From Schmidtea polychroa (Eukaryota): a stretch of 64,000 nucleotides of DNA. The stretch covers positions 89,156,001 through 89,220,000 of the forward strand of contig CM097888.1 in assembly GCA_044892525.1 (NCBI GenBank). Direction: 5' to 3'. The first letter of the stretch is position 1; each line of letters starts with the position of its first letter. The notes beneath the pieces are model-generated. The model did no database searches. It was not told the origin of the DNA and saw only the letters and a program-made list of their open reading frames with translations. This document shows positions 1-13,200 of this stretch, in pieces. The position numbers were made by a program, and so were the translations under genes.

Positions 1-949
1 ACGTGTAACGGCTCTCCCTCTCGCATCATCTTAATTTTTTATTTCTTGTTTGATCAATATTGCATATCCCAATTCGAAATTCTAATAGGTTTTCATTGTG
101 TTTAAGTTTTCTCTTTTTCCTTCTATACTCTTCATAATGTCTTTATCCATTTTCATATTGTTGAGGATACCTAATAATAAATAGCATAATAAATAAGTAA
201 ATTACCTGGGGAAAAAACGTCATGAAAAACGAGACGATCTATGGAAACTCAGAGAAGAAAACGGAAGTAAAAAGAAATGAAAAATGAGAAAGATAAATCA
301 AATAAAAGAAAAAAAACAAGAAATTTAATTACAAAGTACAAACGAAGAAGAAATTTTAAATTGCAGAAAAAACAAAAAAATATGGTGAAGCCGTTTCTTG
401 ACAGCCGCTCAAAGATAGCGAAATGGCATGAAAAGTCTGCACAACATGAAAAGTAAAAAACAGGGCATATCTCGACATCTGTCTGAGATAAGGCTGACGT
501 AGCGGGGAATACATAGGAAAATGAAAATGGAAAACAAAATCTGTCTCCAATGCCACAAAGAAATTGCCCAAGAAATCAGACAAAAACCGAGACGATAAGA
601 GTTAGAAGTAGAGTTAAATTTAGATTAAAAAGGAGAATAAAAGACAGAATTTAAAGGAACAATTAAAGAGAGAATTAAACAGAGTTTAGAACAGCGCGAA
701 ACTAGGAGTGACGAGAATCTTTTGTAAAATTATATATAAAGTGGAATTGGTGTAAATAAATTTTGGGTCAAAGCAAATAGAACAATCGATCAACGTACCC
801 GTGGTTGACGGCTAGTGATTATTGTTGTCGAAATAAGCTCTGTGTGATTAACTTGTTTATAGTTAATTGGTTGTAATTGGAATTTGTACGATCAGGGTGA
901 ATATTAATAAAGCTTATCGTATTCGAGAGTGCTAATTTGTGAATTAATA

Positions 950-2300
950 AACACGCTTTGGAGTTAGAGTAAAATTTTGAATTCACAAACATTGTCACCA
1001 AACCAATAACTCAACAATATTCTTGTTGCATTACATTCCATCAATTTTCTATCAGATGGGCCTCCTTCCGTTGCTTTTGAACTGTTGCATTTAGTGTTTA
1101 TTCTGTCTGTTGTAGTAAATCATTCCAGTATTTTCTTGCTCCTTCATATAGTTAGGCGTTAACATACTCTATTATCCCTCGGAAAAGTCTTTTAATAATG
1201 CTATTCGTCTTCTGCTGATATGGGCTTGAAAATATTAGTTCAATTCCATCAACGCCTGTTAATTGCTTTATAATTTTTGTCTCGAAGTTCTTTCCACTAT
1301 TTACATGAAGTTCTTATAGAGTTCCGAATTCTAATATCCACTTATTTAACAATGTTTCAAATATTGTTTTTTATTTTAGTTTGTTTATTGTTTGTACCTA
1401 CACCCGAGTTCAAAACATCAAATCAATAAATAATTGTACCGACTACAACGGTTAGGGCCACCAGCAAAGCCTTTTTTCAGAATAGTACGAAAAGAATAGT
1501 TTCAGAGGGTGAGGGATTGCACGGATAGCGGATCAATCGAATGATATGCGAAATCAATCACAGATTCGCAATTTATAAAAGCAAATTAATATGTTGGGTT
1601 TTGTGATACTAAAAATCAACCGTTGGTTACTCTGACTCCACGTGTTCCAAAAATCAATAAACACAAACTCCCAACGTATGTTTTGTATTATACCAAATCT
1701 ACAAATCTTAATAAATAATTACACATTTTAGTTCACCATGATTTTGCTCACAATTTCCAATCTAACTATGCTCTGGAAGGTCTCGACCTTGTGCGAATAA
1801 AAATAAGTTTCACTTTTTTATTTGATTCCACCCTTTGATCCGAACTCTTTTAATACTCAATACTCCTTTTCTAACTTTTCAGTTCCTCTTATAATTCCCT
1901 TTATTCTTGACTTTGTTCCTAAAATTCCTATTGTCGGTTTCTTCTTCACTACCTAAAGCTATTGCCGATTATCTGTATTTGGAGTTTCCTTATATACTTC
2001 CATAATCGTTGTAATTGCTCCATTTTGACCTAATTGGTTTTGACTTTTAATTTTCAGTTGATCTTCTTCGTAATTCCCCCTCTTTTGTTTACCGTCGTTT
2101 ATCCCATTTGTTTATCTTCAAATTGCCACGCTCGGGTTCTCCATTGGCTTGGGCTTCCTATTAGCTTGGGTTTTTCATTAGCCAATTATTTTATTAATAT
2201 TTTGTGTTTTTTCATATTTGCCTGTCTTACGACCCTTTCTAACATTTTCTTGCTCACTGTTTTCTTCACCATACCCTAATCTACCTCTCTCCCGTTTCCC
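950..2300 (-). mobile_element. Degenerate Gypsy LTR-retrotransposon pol fragment (integrase core)
   Basis: Minus-strand reading with stops and frameshifts gives LNKWILEFGT and GIELIFSSPYQQKTNSIIKRLFRGII, matching the rve core pattern (FGxP ... GI..SSPYHPQxNG..ER). Confidence 0.8.
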
Positions 2301-5300
2301 AGTTTCAATTTCGGTAACATTTCACTTTATTCCACTTTCTCAAGTTTGCGCATTTTTCCATTTCGTGTCTGATTGTACCCTTCTATAGTTCTGTTTTTGT
2401 CATATCTTTCTTTGCCATTACTTCTCTGCTAGACCACCATTCAATTTCGGTTTTCCTTTTACTCTGAACTATTCGATTTGATATAATTTAATAATATACT
2501 TTTAAAACCTCAACAAATATAAACATTTAGAAATTATTTAAATATTTAAAAATCGCCATATTTGCCAGAGTATATACATGCGCATTTTGGTCACAATTTA
2601 ATGAATTCTATGCGAAAAAAGTATTTTATGTAACCAATTAGGAAAAGATGAGTAATTTTTGTATTCTGTTGGGTATGTGGGGAGGAAAGAAAATTTTCAG
2701 TACATGACATACAACTGGCCTAGCTCGCTCAGTTCACTTTCCCAACATATCCGTGATGACCTTCCTGATATCGCTCATGTGTACCCGTGATGATGTTCAT
2801 ACGTTGGTGATGTGCACATGGGTTGGAGTTCACTAACAGGTGAGCCCCTGCCTTAGGACTACTATTAGCTCACCCACGGTTCGGGTTCTAAGGTGCCGTA
2901 GAAGGACTTACCCATGCTTTTATACATAACTCGGTACGACCCTGGTCCAAGGGGACGACCCTCATCTGATGACTTACATTCAATTTATCATTTAAGTCAT
3001 GCAATTCACTTAATAACCTCGTAAATAACTCATTAAATGCCAAGAAAAATTATATTAATTCAACAAAACACACGAATTACAACGACTTGTTACACCGATG
3101 ATTATAAAGCAGAGGAAAACATACAGACAGATTATCAGACGATGCTGAGGATCTTTTTCAGAGGAAATGAATTTGAAGTTGGTGCTGCTCCAGATCACGG
3201 GAAAACTTCCCCTTCAGCTATCATTTCATCTATGTCCACGGGTAGTCGGCGATCTGCAATGCACTTTATACCGTCGGCCGGAACTACCCGGAATACTTCC
3301 TTGGTTGGAATTGAATGTGATATGGTGATCTCTTTGATGGTAGACTGGGCCACTGACAGCGAAACTTCCATTTATAATTTGGAATGCGAGTTTTATAATT
3401 TTACCAATCCATCTATTCAGTAATGACTCACCAATCCGTACCGTTTGTTAATACTCACATTCATTCAATCTCAAACGTTCAAGTTAATTCACCCAATTCT
3501 TGCAATTTTGTGAAATGAAAACGGGAATTCTCAAAAACAATTTATTTATCATAACTTCAACTTGTATGTTTATTTTACGGGTTTGACTATTTCTAACTAA
3601 TGTACGATTATATATTCATTACTGTGAACTCTATTATCTTTATTATCTTTGTTATATTTTAACAATTAAGTTTTTACTCATTGCGCTACTACGTTATTAA
3701 ATTATGCGTGCACTGTATTATGAAAGTAAAGTTCGGTATTGTAGAGGTCTCTTTGCATTATACTAAGGCCGATCGATTTGTAAAAGAATCAGAATATATT
3801 CATTTAAATTTAATTATCTTAAATTTTACGCCATAGAGGTTGTCATAGTGACGCCTAAATCGTGTGCAATTATGTGTAAATGTTATTATCTATTTATACT
3901 AACAAATATCGTCTGGTCCGTCGCGATGCATGTTTATATAATTAATGATCAACTTGTACTCTTGAAATAATCTAATAGTTCTGCTATTTTCAAATGACGA
4001 AATCTAATTGTCTACTCATACATGCAGCCTTACTATTTCACTCACTACAATTATGTAACAGTGGTGTCAACATACTCATTGCGATCGAACTAGGTGCGAT
4101 ACATGCGTGTCATTGTGTGTAGCGATTAATAGATATGACATTGCAGGCGGATTCTCCAGATAGGTCAGAATTACAGTTGATGTTTCCGAAAACTCAAAAA
4201 TCTAATTGCGTGGGTTACTCATGAATCTAGTAGATAAAATTAATTCTATTTTCAGATTTTCTCTGTTATGTTGACTCATGATATGGACTGTCAACTCATT
4301 CGCTCGTCGGCCTCTTCCCACACTCGATGCACTAGAGTCCTTATTAGACCATTACTGCCGGTCTACAGTGGCTAAGCTTAATCTACATGTAGAATGATGT
4401 AGAACCGATGATTATTCCCTATCGCTGCCGACAGTTTCTTTCGGGCTTATGGTAAGTAATTTAATTTATTATCGAGAATTGTTTACCTTCCTATCTTAGG
4501 GCGAGTTATTATCGATGACAGGCTAGACACAGTCTGATTATCAAGTCGATTTGGAGCCGAATAAAAATCAAGACGATGAATCTATTCGCCAACGTCCTGG
4601 CGATGCAAATCCTTGGAAAATAATCATAATGTCTAATGCGAAACCTGTTGGAATTCTCGTGAAAATGATGATCTCTCTTAACGGATGTTTAGACAACTAC
4701 TTTTCGAGATGTAAGAAGTAATCAGTCCTAAATCGAAGCTCAGTAAAAATGCGATTGGATATAGTGCTGATGATTTTCGACTCGTACTTTTTCTGGAACT
4801 TCTCAACATATTCATCAAATCATATAACTGCTAGTATGCAATGAACAATCTTTTCGACGTGGCCGATCTCACTCGGTGAATGAACCTCCGGCATCTTATG
4901 TAGTCATATCTCTCGGGGTCTCCTCACCCCTCATGACCCACCCAAGAACAGTACGCATTGCTGCCCACCGCTCTTAGACCGTCATGAAGGACGAATCGAC
5001 CCAATCAATATGTATCAAATGAGAAACAAATGTAACAAAATTTCACTGAGGATATTATTAAATAAATAAATGACTATTTACCTGGCGATCGTTTCATTGT
5101 CCATTCGTTTATTAATCCAAACCTCACAAGCCTCCATCATGGCTGATATCTCTCGAATTTCTAATTTCTTGATTTTCGAAAAATTATTCGGATTTATATT
5201 TATACTCATTTCCATCACACCAGAAGCTCCCAGAGGACATCGTCGCCAGCACCATGAAGAAAAAGAAAATCTGTTTGTAATGAATAAATTTATTATTATT

Positions 5301-7374
5301 AAATTATCAATTGGATATCATTTCAAAATAAAATCTAAATATACATAAGTAAACTAAATGATAACCCTTACCAAATTTCTTCCTCGAGGATGTCGAAAAA
5401 TTATGATCGAAAGTATCTCAGATTGTTTGTTAAAACTAATGTTCTGTTCATATTAACTTCGTTCCCTGTCCGATCTAAATTTGATTCCTGTCAATAATTT
5501 GTGAAGTCTCGTTCGAAGTGATTCCGGTCTGTAGATTAATAGTGGTTCCTGTAGAGTTTTGGTTAAAAGTGGTACTCTACTGATTTTTCGCGTTTCTTAT
5601 ATACTATTTTTCGTCTAATCAGGACTCGATTAGTTTGTAATTTTACTATTTATTATTATTTTCATGTTTTTTATTATAATATCGTGAATTTTAGTGACCT
5701 TATTTTATTTTTATTATTATTCTATTATTTTCTTAATGTTTATTGTTTTTCTCTTATTTTCCAATAGATCTATCGTCGTTTTATTGCGATACAATTTTTT
5801 GTTTTAATTAGCTTACAAATTTATTGAGGAATTGTTTTTATTTTTATTTTATTTCTTTAATTTCTTATTTATTTACCTTAAATTTTTGCTATTCTATTTC
5901 CCCTTTATTTGTTATGCGCATTAGGTAGTTTCCTTTTTGCCTTATTTTTAATTTTAAGGGTTTTATTATTTTATTAATTATTCCTATTTCTTTTATTGGT
6001 ATTTTGTTTGTTTCTTCATATATATTATTGAGGTTTTCGGTAGAATTTATTGTTATCTTATTCTATTATTCCGTGGGATTCCTTTCTTCTTGATTCATTT
6101 CTCGGCATCCTCAAGACTTGGCCCAACAAATCACTCCGGGGCCCGTTAAAATTGCGTCCCACAATTCATATAATATTATACACCATAATCCAGTTATCAT
6201 GCATCATACTCACATAACTCATAAATCAAAATCAAGAATAAAATAAAATAACTAGTTAGTACTTAAATTAAATCAGCTAAATGGCAAAATACAGATAAGC
6301 AGTGGCCACTTAAGGTGACCAGTTTTTATAAAGAAAATAACAAAACATCAATTAGTCAATATACACAGTGAATCACGTCGTAATGTTATGACTGTTACTC
6401 AATTGGCTTCTGACGATGGTTGATCTGACTGTGGGGGTTCGACATTGTAGTAAACTCGGCGACTTGTAGAGGGTCTGACTGATTCAGCGATAGAGGTTCG
6501 ATGTTGCAAGTTTGCCCGGATTATATTAGCCATGCTGGCTTCTTGGGGCCTTCTATATGGCCTTTCTTGTACGGGGTGGCTTTTCTTCCAGGTTTTATAG
6601 ATGGTGTATAATTTGAGGAGGGTGATTATTGCGATTAGGGTGGTTTCGGCGATTACCACATATAGGAGGTCATGAGTGTCGTTTGTTTCACTCGGGCTCT
6701 CGATTTTTTCGACTGGGTTCTGTAGCTCCTGATGTTGGACTCGTTGTTCTAATTGATCGAATTGATGGATCTGTCCCAGGATTCTTTATCGATGATTTTA
6801 CATATTGGGTTATCAGTGCACATCAGTCGGATGTTATTGACATAATTTCAGGTTGCTCGAATGTTGTTAATGAGGTTGGTTTTTACTGCGTTTGGATATA
6901 TACATGGCTGGATTGTTTGTTCGGTTTTTGGTTTGGTTCTCTGTGGTCTCGGATCTTTTCCAGCTGGGAGTTCACTGGTTGTCACTTTGTCAGATTGATG
7001 GTTATCATCATCATCATTACGACCGCTTCATATTTCATTGCACTATTCTACAACTAATTATCCTTTATATACATTTATATACACCGCGTTTTATCCGATT
7101 TAATTTTGATGTTTCTTATTAGTGTCTTTCTCTCTGATCTGCATCAGTTTGGATTCTGCCTTTATGACCCTGTGTCGGAGTTCGGGTAGTACTTTCAACT
7201 GTCTTTCTTTTTCACGGACTTCCTCTTTTAGGTGTCTTATCTCTTTCTTTAGTGTTCTAATCTCTTTCCTTTTTTTTCAAGATTCTGTCCCAGTTCTATT
7301 GTAGAAAATCGTTTTCTTCTGGGTCATTTTTCCCTTGTTTTTGTTTCTGGTGTATACTTTGAATTGTATAGATA

Positions 7375-8517
7375 CAGACTTATTAATTATTATAGACAAA
7401 AATATTAATTATTATTGACAAAAATATTAATTTTTATAGACAAAAATATTAATATTTATAGACAAAAATATTAATTATTATAGACAAAAATATTAACATT
7501 TATAAACAAATATATTAATATTTATAAACAAAAATTTAATGTTCATAGACACATCATTAAAAATTAACGACCAAAATATTCTTTATATATACAATCTTAA
7601 TTGCCATGGGCGTTCAATTGTTATATTTCTAAAATGTTTCTAAGAACGACTATTCTTGCTGGCATGTTCTTCGGACTGTAGCCATAATTTCTTGTACAAT
7701 GGAGATTCAACCCGGTTTCATCAAGAAACAACAAATCTTCATCATTTTTGAGCCTATACCGAATTGCATAATTTTTGCGTGTGTTGATAACTTGACTGGA
7801 ATTTTTTCGATCTACAATCTTTACTAGTCGCTTTTTAGTTAATTCCAGCTTCTTTAGATGATTTGAAATCGTAGGTTGACTTAGACGAATGCCTTGTATT
7901 TCAAGGCAGTGTGACATCCCGCGTTGGGTCAAATTGGGATCATTTGCAACAATTTCGGCCAGTGTCACTTGTTGGGTTGTCAATTCTGCTCTTTGGCGAC
8001 CCGGTGGTTTTATGAGTGTGCCCAGGTCCGCTTCACTACCGGTATATGAAGATAGTCTTTCAATCCACCTGTAAACAGTTTTAGATGAAAGATTTAAATC
8101 TTCCGTTATGTTCTTGGCTGTTCTACCCCGTAAAAGCATGTTACGCATATTTCTCAGTGTTTCTACCGTTACTGTTGTTCTTCTTTTAGGACCATCCTGG
8201 CTTGTTTCAGAGTTTTCAATGTTTGTGCGTAAAAATGTCATGTGATGGTTTTTTTTTAATTGAAAATAGTAATAATACACCCCAATCAATAATAATTGAC
8301 ATTAACTATATTTATCTATATTTTAACTGAATTCATAATGTATTACACATTAAATGAATGTTTTTAGTCTATAGTTGTTTTTTTGTCGATGCGTGTTATT
8401 ATTTTTGTCTATGGTTATTAATATTTTTGTCTATAAATAATAATATTTTTGTCTATAAATATTAATATTTTTGTCTATAATAATTAATATTTTTGTCTAT
8501 AATAATTAATAAGTCTG
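7375..8517 (-). mobile_element. Tc1/IS630-like DNA transposon, internally deleted (1143 bp), TA target duplication
   Basis: TA|CAGACTTATTAATTATTATAGAC...GTCTATAATAATTAATAAGTCTG|TA. TIRs are built of 22-bp TATAGACAAAAATATTAAT-nnn repeats (about 7 left, 5-6 right). Confidence 0.92.
7621..8241 (-). CDS. Truncated Tc1/IS630-family transposase (two HTH regions plus first catalytic Asp only)
   Basis: HTH segments TAKNITEDLNLSSKTVYRWI and NLTQRGMSHCLE..LSQPTISNHLKKL; LLFLDETGLNLH motif; second D and PYSPxLNPIE absent. Start placed at the first ATG-context Met (MTFLR). Confidence 0.85.
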   Translation of the reverse strand: MTFLRTNIENSETSQDGPKRRTTVTVETLRNMRNMLLRGRTAKNITEDLNLSSKTVYRWIERLSSYTGSEADLGTLIKPPGRQRAELTTQQVTLAEIVANDPNLTQRGMSHCLEIQGIRLSQPTISNHLKKLELTKKRLVKIVDRKNSSQVINTRKNYAIRYRLKNDEDLLFLDETGLNLHCTRNYGYSPKNMPARIVVLRNILEI

Positions 8518-9223
8518 TAATAAAGACATTATTTCGTAAGATTTATCTTTAATTTTTAATAAAATCTGACTTACATTATATCGAAATAATTCCAACAAAA
8601 TCCTTAAAAACCATTTATTAAAATGGCTAAAATAGTTAATCGTAAATTAACTATTTCATCACTGTAATTATGATACTGTAGTGACTGTAGTGACGCATCT
8701 ATAATTGGTTAGAGTATGACTCTATTACACTCTCGATAGATCTCATACGATATCTCTAATGTTGGAAGGTGATTACTAATGTATAGAAAATTCACATTCA
8801 AATTATTAACTATAACAAATATGATTATATTAATAATTTAATCATACAGAACTTAAAAAATTGGATGCCAAAAAATGATATGAATACAGATATAATCAAA
8901 TCAATCAGCGGAGACTACCATAAAATTAATTTCAAAAAATACCAATTAATTAAAAAAATTAAGTTATTACAGTATATAGCCTGCATACGCAGATAAATAA
9001 ACCCTTTGGTTTTAAAGTTTTGTGCAAAAATTAACCAATATAGTAAATTGATCAATACGTGTAAAAAAGGATTATATAACCCACGCCCATATATACCTCG
9101 AATCCCCCTTGTGGATCATGTAAAATTCGGTATAACCCATGGGTTATATGTCAGAAAATAAGGTAGTTCCTCTTTTCACTAAGATGCACCACCAATAAAA
9201 TAAGAAAAAATCAATAATGTTAT

Positions 9224-9247
9224 TATATATATATATATATATATATA
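9224..9247. repeat. (TA)12 microsatellite; (TA)33 in the duplicate at 63866-63931
   Basis: Counted directly from the sequence. Confidence 0.9.
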
Positions 9248-12200
9248 CACTTAATCCTATGTTAGTCTTCCCAAGTGCAATGAAATAGAAAAAGGGAGAG
9301 AAAATTTAAATACTGCACACAAACACAATAAATAGTAAAAAATACACGCAAATTTATGTATTTTTATTTGATAAGAATAAAACTGCTATAATAAACAGTG
9401 GCATTTGATGATGTGAATATACGACGAGGGATTGTTTAATCGAAACTGTATGCGTGTACAACTGTGTATATATAAACAAAAGCAGGATGATATCCTATAC
9501 TATTATCTTTCAGTGAACTAAATTTGTCATCACTTTGTTCAATAGTAATAATTACAGACGATTCTAACTTTAAACGGGCATTAATTAAAGTTTGAGGTTC
9601 TAAGACTGATTCCTTCATTTCATCTTAATAAAATTTAACAAAATAATCTCAAAATTTCGTAGTTGAATCAAAATGAACTTTTTTGATAGAAAACTAGATT
9701 TTTCTTTGCTTATGTCTGAATTATTCCATCGTTTTATTTGTTCTAATTTTCATTTATTCATAATTTGTTTTTTCAAATTAAACATATTCCAATTTACAAA
9801 CATAATAATATAAAAACTTTATTTTCAAGTAAATATATTAATCACACAATTTAAAAAACATAAAATAATCTTACAAAGCCAAATACCAAAAAACATCGTA
9901 TATTATTTAAACAACGCATTTTATAAAAAAACTTTTTTTTTATTTAAACTTTTAAAATTTCCTAAATAACCAATAAAAGTTTGAAGTTTAAGATAACGAA
10001 ATTTAAATTTAAAATATGTATGGAATGGAATAACTGCATAACTGCATATTATTATATTCTGTTGTTAATTAATTTTTGAATTATTATTTTTATGAAAAAT
10101 TAATTGGTTTAAAATGAGTACCCACGCAATATGTAATATTTTCATTAAATTTTATCTTTATGTCTCAAATAACTAAGTCAAGAAAGCGTTACATTATAGT
10201 ATTCCATTTAAAAATCCCATTCGTGAGTCTGTTGCATTTTAACATAATATGTTCACACTAAGGAAAAAGATAGGGCATTCCACAAAAGTAGAAATGTCCA
10301 ATATATAGGAATAATCCATTGAAACAGAAAAAGGAATTATTGGATCCTTTTCAAATGTCTAGCGTGAATGCACCTAAGCAAGAATTTATTGGGGATGCAC
10401 ATAGGAAAATGAAAAAAACTAATACCGATTGGCAATAACGAATAGTTTGAATAGAGAATTTGTAAAGAAAGCACAGTAAAGAAAAATGTTTCTTCTAGGG
10501 ATTACGATAATAAAATGATAATAGAGAGATAATATACCAAAAAATAAAATATCCAAATTAAAAATAAAATAAAACAATAGCAAGAAGTATCACACCAAAA
10601 TCTATTATAAAACATCAAACAACAAAAATAAATTCAAATTAAGACGATTAGAAAAAAATTAAAAAGAAATCAAAGAAAATTTCCAAAAATCCTATTATAT
10701 CAAACTTTTAAATGATAAAATCCAGAACCATCCATAAAAATGGTGGATTTCATCAAGGCCGCCAAACAACCCAACGAAATTTATAAAAAATAAATATTTT
10801 AGTTTAAAATATAAAAATTTTAGAATAGAATTCACAAAAAACAGTTATAAAAAAATAGATTAGAGTTAACATGAAGTTTTCTGGAAATGCCCAAATCCAT
10901 CATATAGGCAGATTTAATAAAAAATCATTCAAAAATAAAACTTCAAAAATAAAAAAAAATTCTTACGGAAAAATCGCCATCAAAATTGATAAAAATTAGA
11001 AATCGAATGTTCTAGAATTAAAATAATTCAAATTAGTTTTACTACATCAATGCACGCATGCATACTTGCACACCAAAAATAAGGTATATAAACTAATACA
11101 TTTCGTCGAGATTGGCCGAGAAAATAGGTCAATATTAATTTATCGACTTTTTCCACATTAAATACTACATATTTAAATTCTACATTCAAATAGTTATAAT
11201 ACATAATACATTAAGGGTTCACTCTCTTAAGTTGAGCACGGCTGACGGATGTGAACATATAACCTATATATGGACTCAAATTTCTCACAATACAACATGC
11301 TAATGTAGCTGGTTATTTCTAAAGGAATCACTCTTGAACTATAAAGTCAACATGAATCTAAAGAAAGTAATTAACTCAAAGTAACAGAGAGATCCCTGCG
11401 CAAAACTTTTAAGGCAACTAAAGACTTAAAAATTCTGAACTATTCGCTGTCAGAATGCCGCAACCTAAAGTTCGTACGAAGAGTAGGATCTTAGACGATA
11501 TAATGTCAATCACACTGAAAAGCAAACTAAAATCTATAGATGCCTACAAAATAACCTATTTTGATGTAAACTAAAATTCACTATCGTAAATGGTTTTGGT
11601 ATGTGCATATTCAATTTTTTTGATTAAATCTAAACTAAATTTTCACTTGTAAAATAATCATATAGTAGGGAACATAGAAGTTGGATTAGACCCATAGGGT
11701 TAATAAAATATTTTTTATCAGTTTAAATTTATCATTATACCAGGTACGAAAACATAGTTCACTGACCTGGTGGTGAATATATTCACGGCGAGTATTCAAG
11801 ATAGTGGAGACGTAAGTATGCGTCTGTATGGGTATAAGTGTTAGGTTCGATGGGTATGTATTCGAACTAACACAAAAACGTTTTATCTGACTCCAAAAAT
11901 TTATAACGCGTGTAGGTAAATAAATAACAAATATGATTTAAATATTTATTAAAAGTAAATAATTAGTTACACAATTGTTTATATTACAAAATAATCAAGC
12001 TGCTTTCTAAAGAACAGAAAACGGTTATACAAACCGCCCTAAAGAGTATTACTAAGAATCAAGGCTGGCCCTAAATGCGCCAACAGCCCGATATAGGTGA
12101 ACGGAAAAGAGATAGGGGAGTTTACCTAATTTTAACGCGATAGAGTCAACCCAGAAATCGGTTAACTCTGTTTTAAATTATATCTGCAACGAGACAACAC

Positions 12201-12929
12201 AAAAAGATACGTGCTGACGTTGCGATTCCCTTTATTATAATGTTTTCAGGTGATGGAATATATTTATATGTATATATATATATATTTATATATGAAAATC
12301 AATGAATACTAACTAATTAATTATTTAATTCCTTTCAAGGTGAGATGAATTACGGATTGGTTATCGAAACTGCTACAAATTGTTCTCTTTTTCTTTTTGG
12401 ATTATTACTCAATACTCCAATAGATACTGGAGCTTAGTTATAGTTTTGCAGAAATAAAAATTCCTCGATAATTGTTAATTCTCTTTCCGATCAATAAACT
12501 AAATGTCAAATAAATATGGAATGTCGAATAAAATGTGAATTGTCCAATGAGATAGATGCTAGAATTTCCCTAAATCTAATTTTAACTATTCCTTTCGTGA
12601 TCGATTCTTTCGTGTACGATTTTTCTTTCTCCGTCCCTCAACTCAACTTTTCAACTAGTATTTATACTAATTTATTTATTTTAATCTATTAATAGTAATT
12701 ATTTAATTACTATTTTTTTTATTATTATTTTCTATACAATTACTATTTTTATTACAAATCTATTTTTAGTAATTGTTTATTACTACTAATATTCTAATTC
12801 TAATTTTAGTAATTCTTTTTCTATTTTAGGTAATTTTTAAATGTTATTTTTAATTAATTATTATTTAATTCTACAACTTTTGATTCCGGTTCCTACTGAA
12901 CCCCAAAATAAGAACATGGCTACAAATAC

Positions 12930-13200
12930 CTACGATGTATATGAATGTGTGTGAGTATGCCTGGTTGTGGTAAAAGAGGGCTGAGTAGGTAAATCGACGA
13001 AGTTCAAGACCCAGCTTAACCAGAACGAATGGACCGAGAACTGGCGTGATGGATCAAACCAGCCACTGAAGAGTTGGTCGAAATTTACTGGCAATGGCCA
13101 CCGATGGGTCCAACTAAGAGGAAGCATTTGGGTAGAGCTGCGTGTGACAAACTCAACAGAACTCGCCAGGCCAATATTGTCTCACAAAAACCATAATGTG
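12930..13200 (+). mobile_element. Possible retrotransposon gag remnant
   Basis: GC-richer island reading KFKTQLNQNEWTENW...FTGNGHRWVQLRGSIWVELR, loosely like the gag W..F...W...L.G.A..W...W.EL pattern. Weak match. Confidence 0.3.

Larger units (their letters stand above)
6399..8659 (-). pseudogene. Broken type I membrane protein gene: signal peptide, coiled coil, S/T/P-rich stalk, single TM, cytoplasmic tail; Tc1-like element in intron 1
   Basis: Signal-like exon MK-VNLRLTILAILINGF*GFCWNYFDI ending at a GTAAGT donor (8574); acceptor at 7357 joins in frame to IHQKQKQGKNDPEENDFLQ*; coiled coil KEIRTLKKEIRHLKEEVREKERQL; stalk TTSPTSGATEP; TM LLYVVIAETTLIAIITLL followed by KLYTIYKTWKK. Several stops and frameshifts. 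Confidence 0.55.
1..9316 (+). repeat. Copy 1 of a large near-identical direct duplication (offset 54,642 bp; both ends probably lie outside the window)
   Basis: All ORFs from 356 to 8289 recur at +54,642. By eye the only differences I found are T1173/G55815, A7071/T61713 and a (TA)12 vs (TA)33 tract. Confidence 0.97.

Noticed and set aside
4-20. TGTAAC as an LTR terminus at the window start
   Set aside because: The integrase-like reading continues through the equivalent position in copy 2 (54643); no partner LTR, PBS or TSD was found.
1451-1590. U1 snRNA-like look (ATTGCAC plus a downstream hairpin) in a ~100-bp module also present at ~30310, ~30560 and ~50410
   Set aside because: No ACTTACCTG 5' end, no stem around ATTGCAC and no proper Sm site. 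On the other strand it reads as the zinc-finger-to-core part of a Gypsy integrase.
2034-2279. Hydrophobic plus-strand ORF, and similar short ORFs antisense to TE remnants (6629-7057, 7889-8074, 25445-25968, 30561-30878)
   Set aside because: Shadow ORFs opposite A-rich or genuine coding strands.
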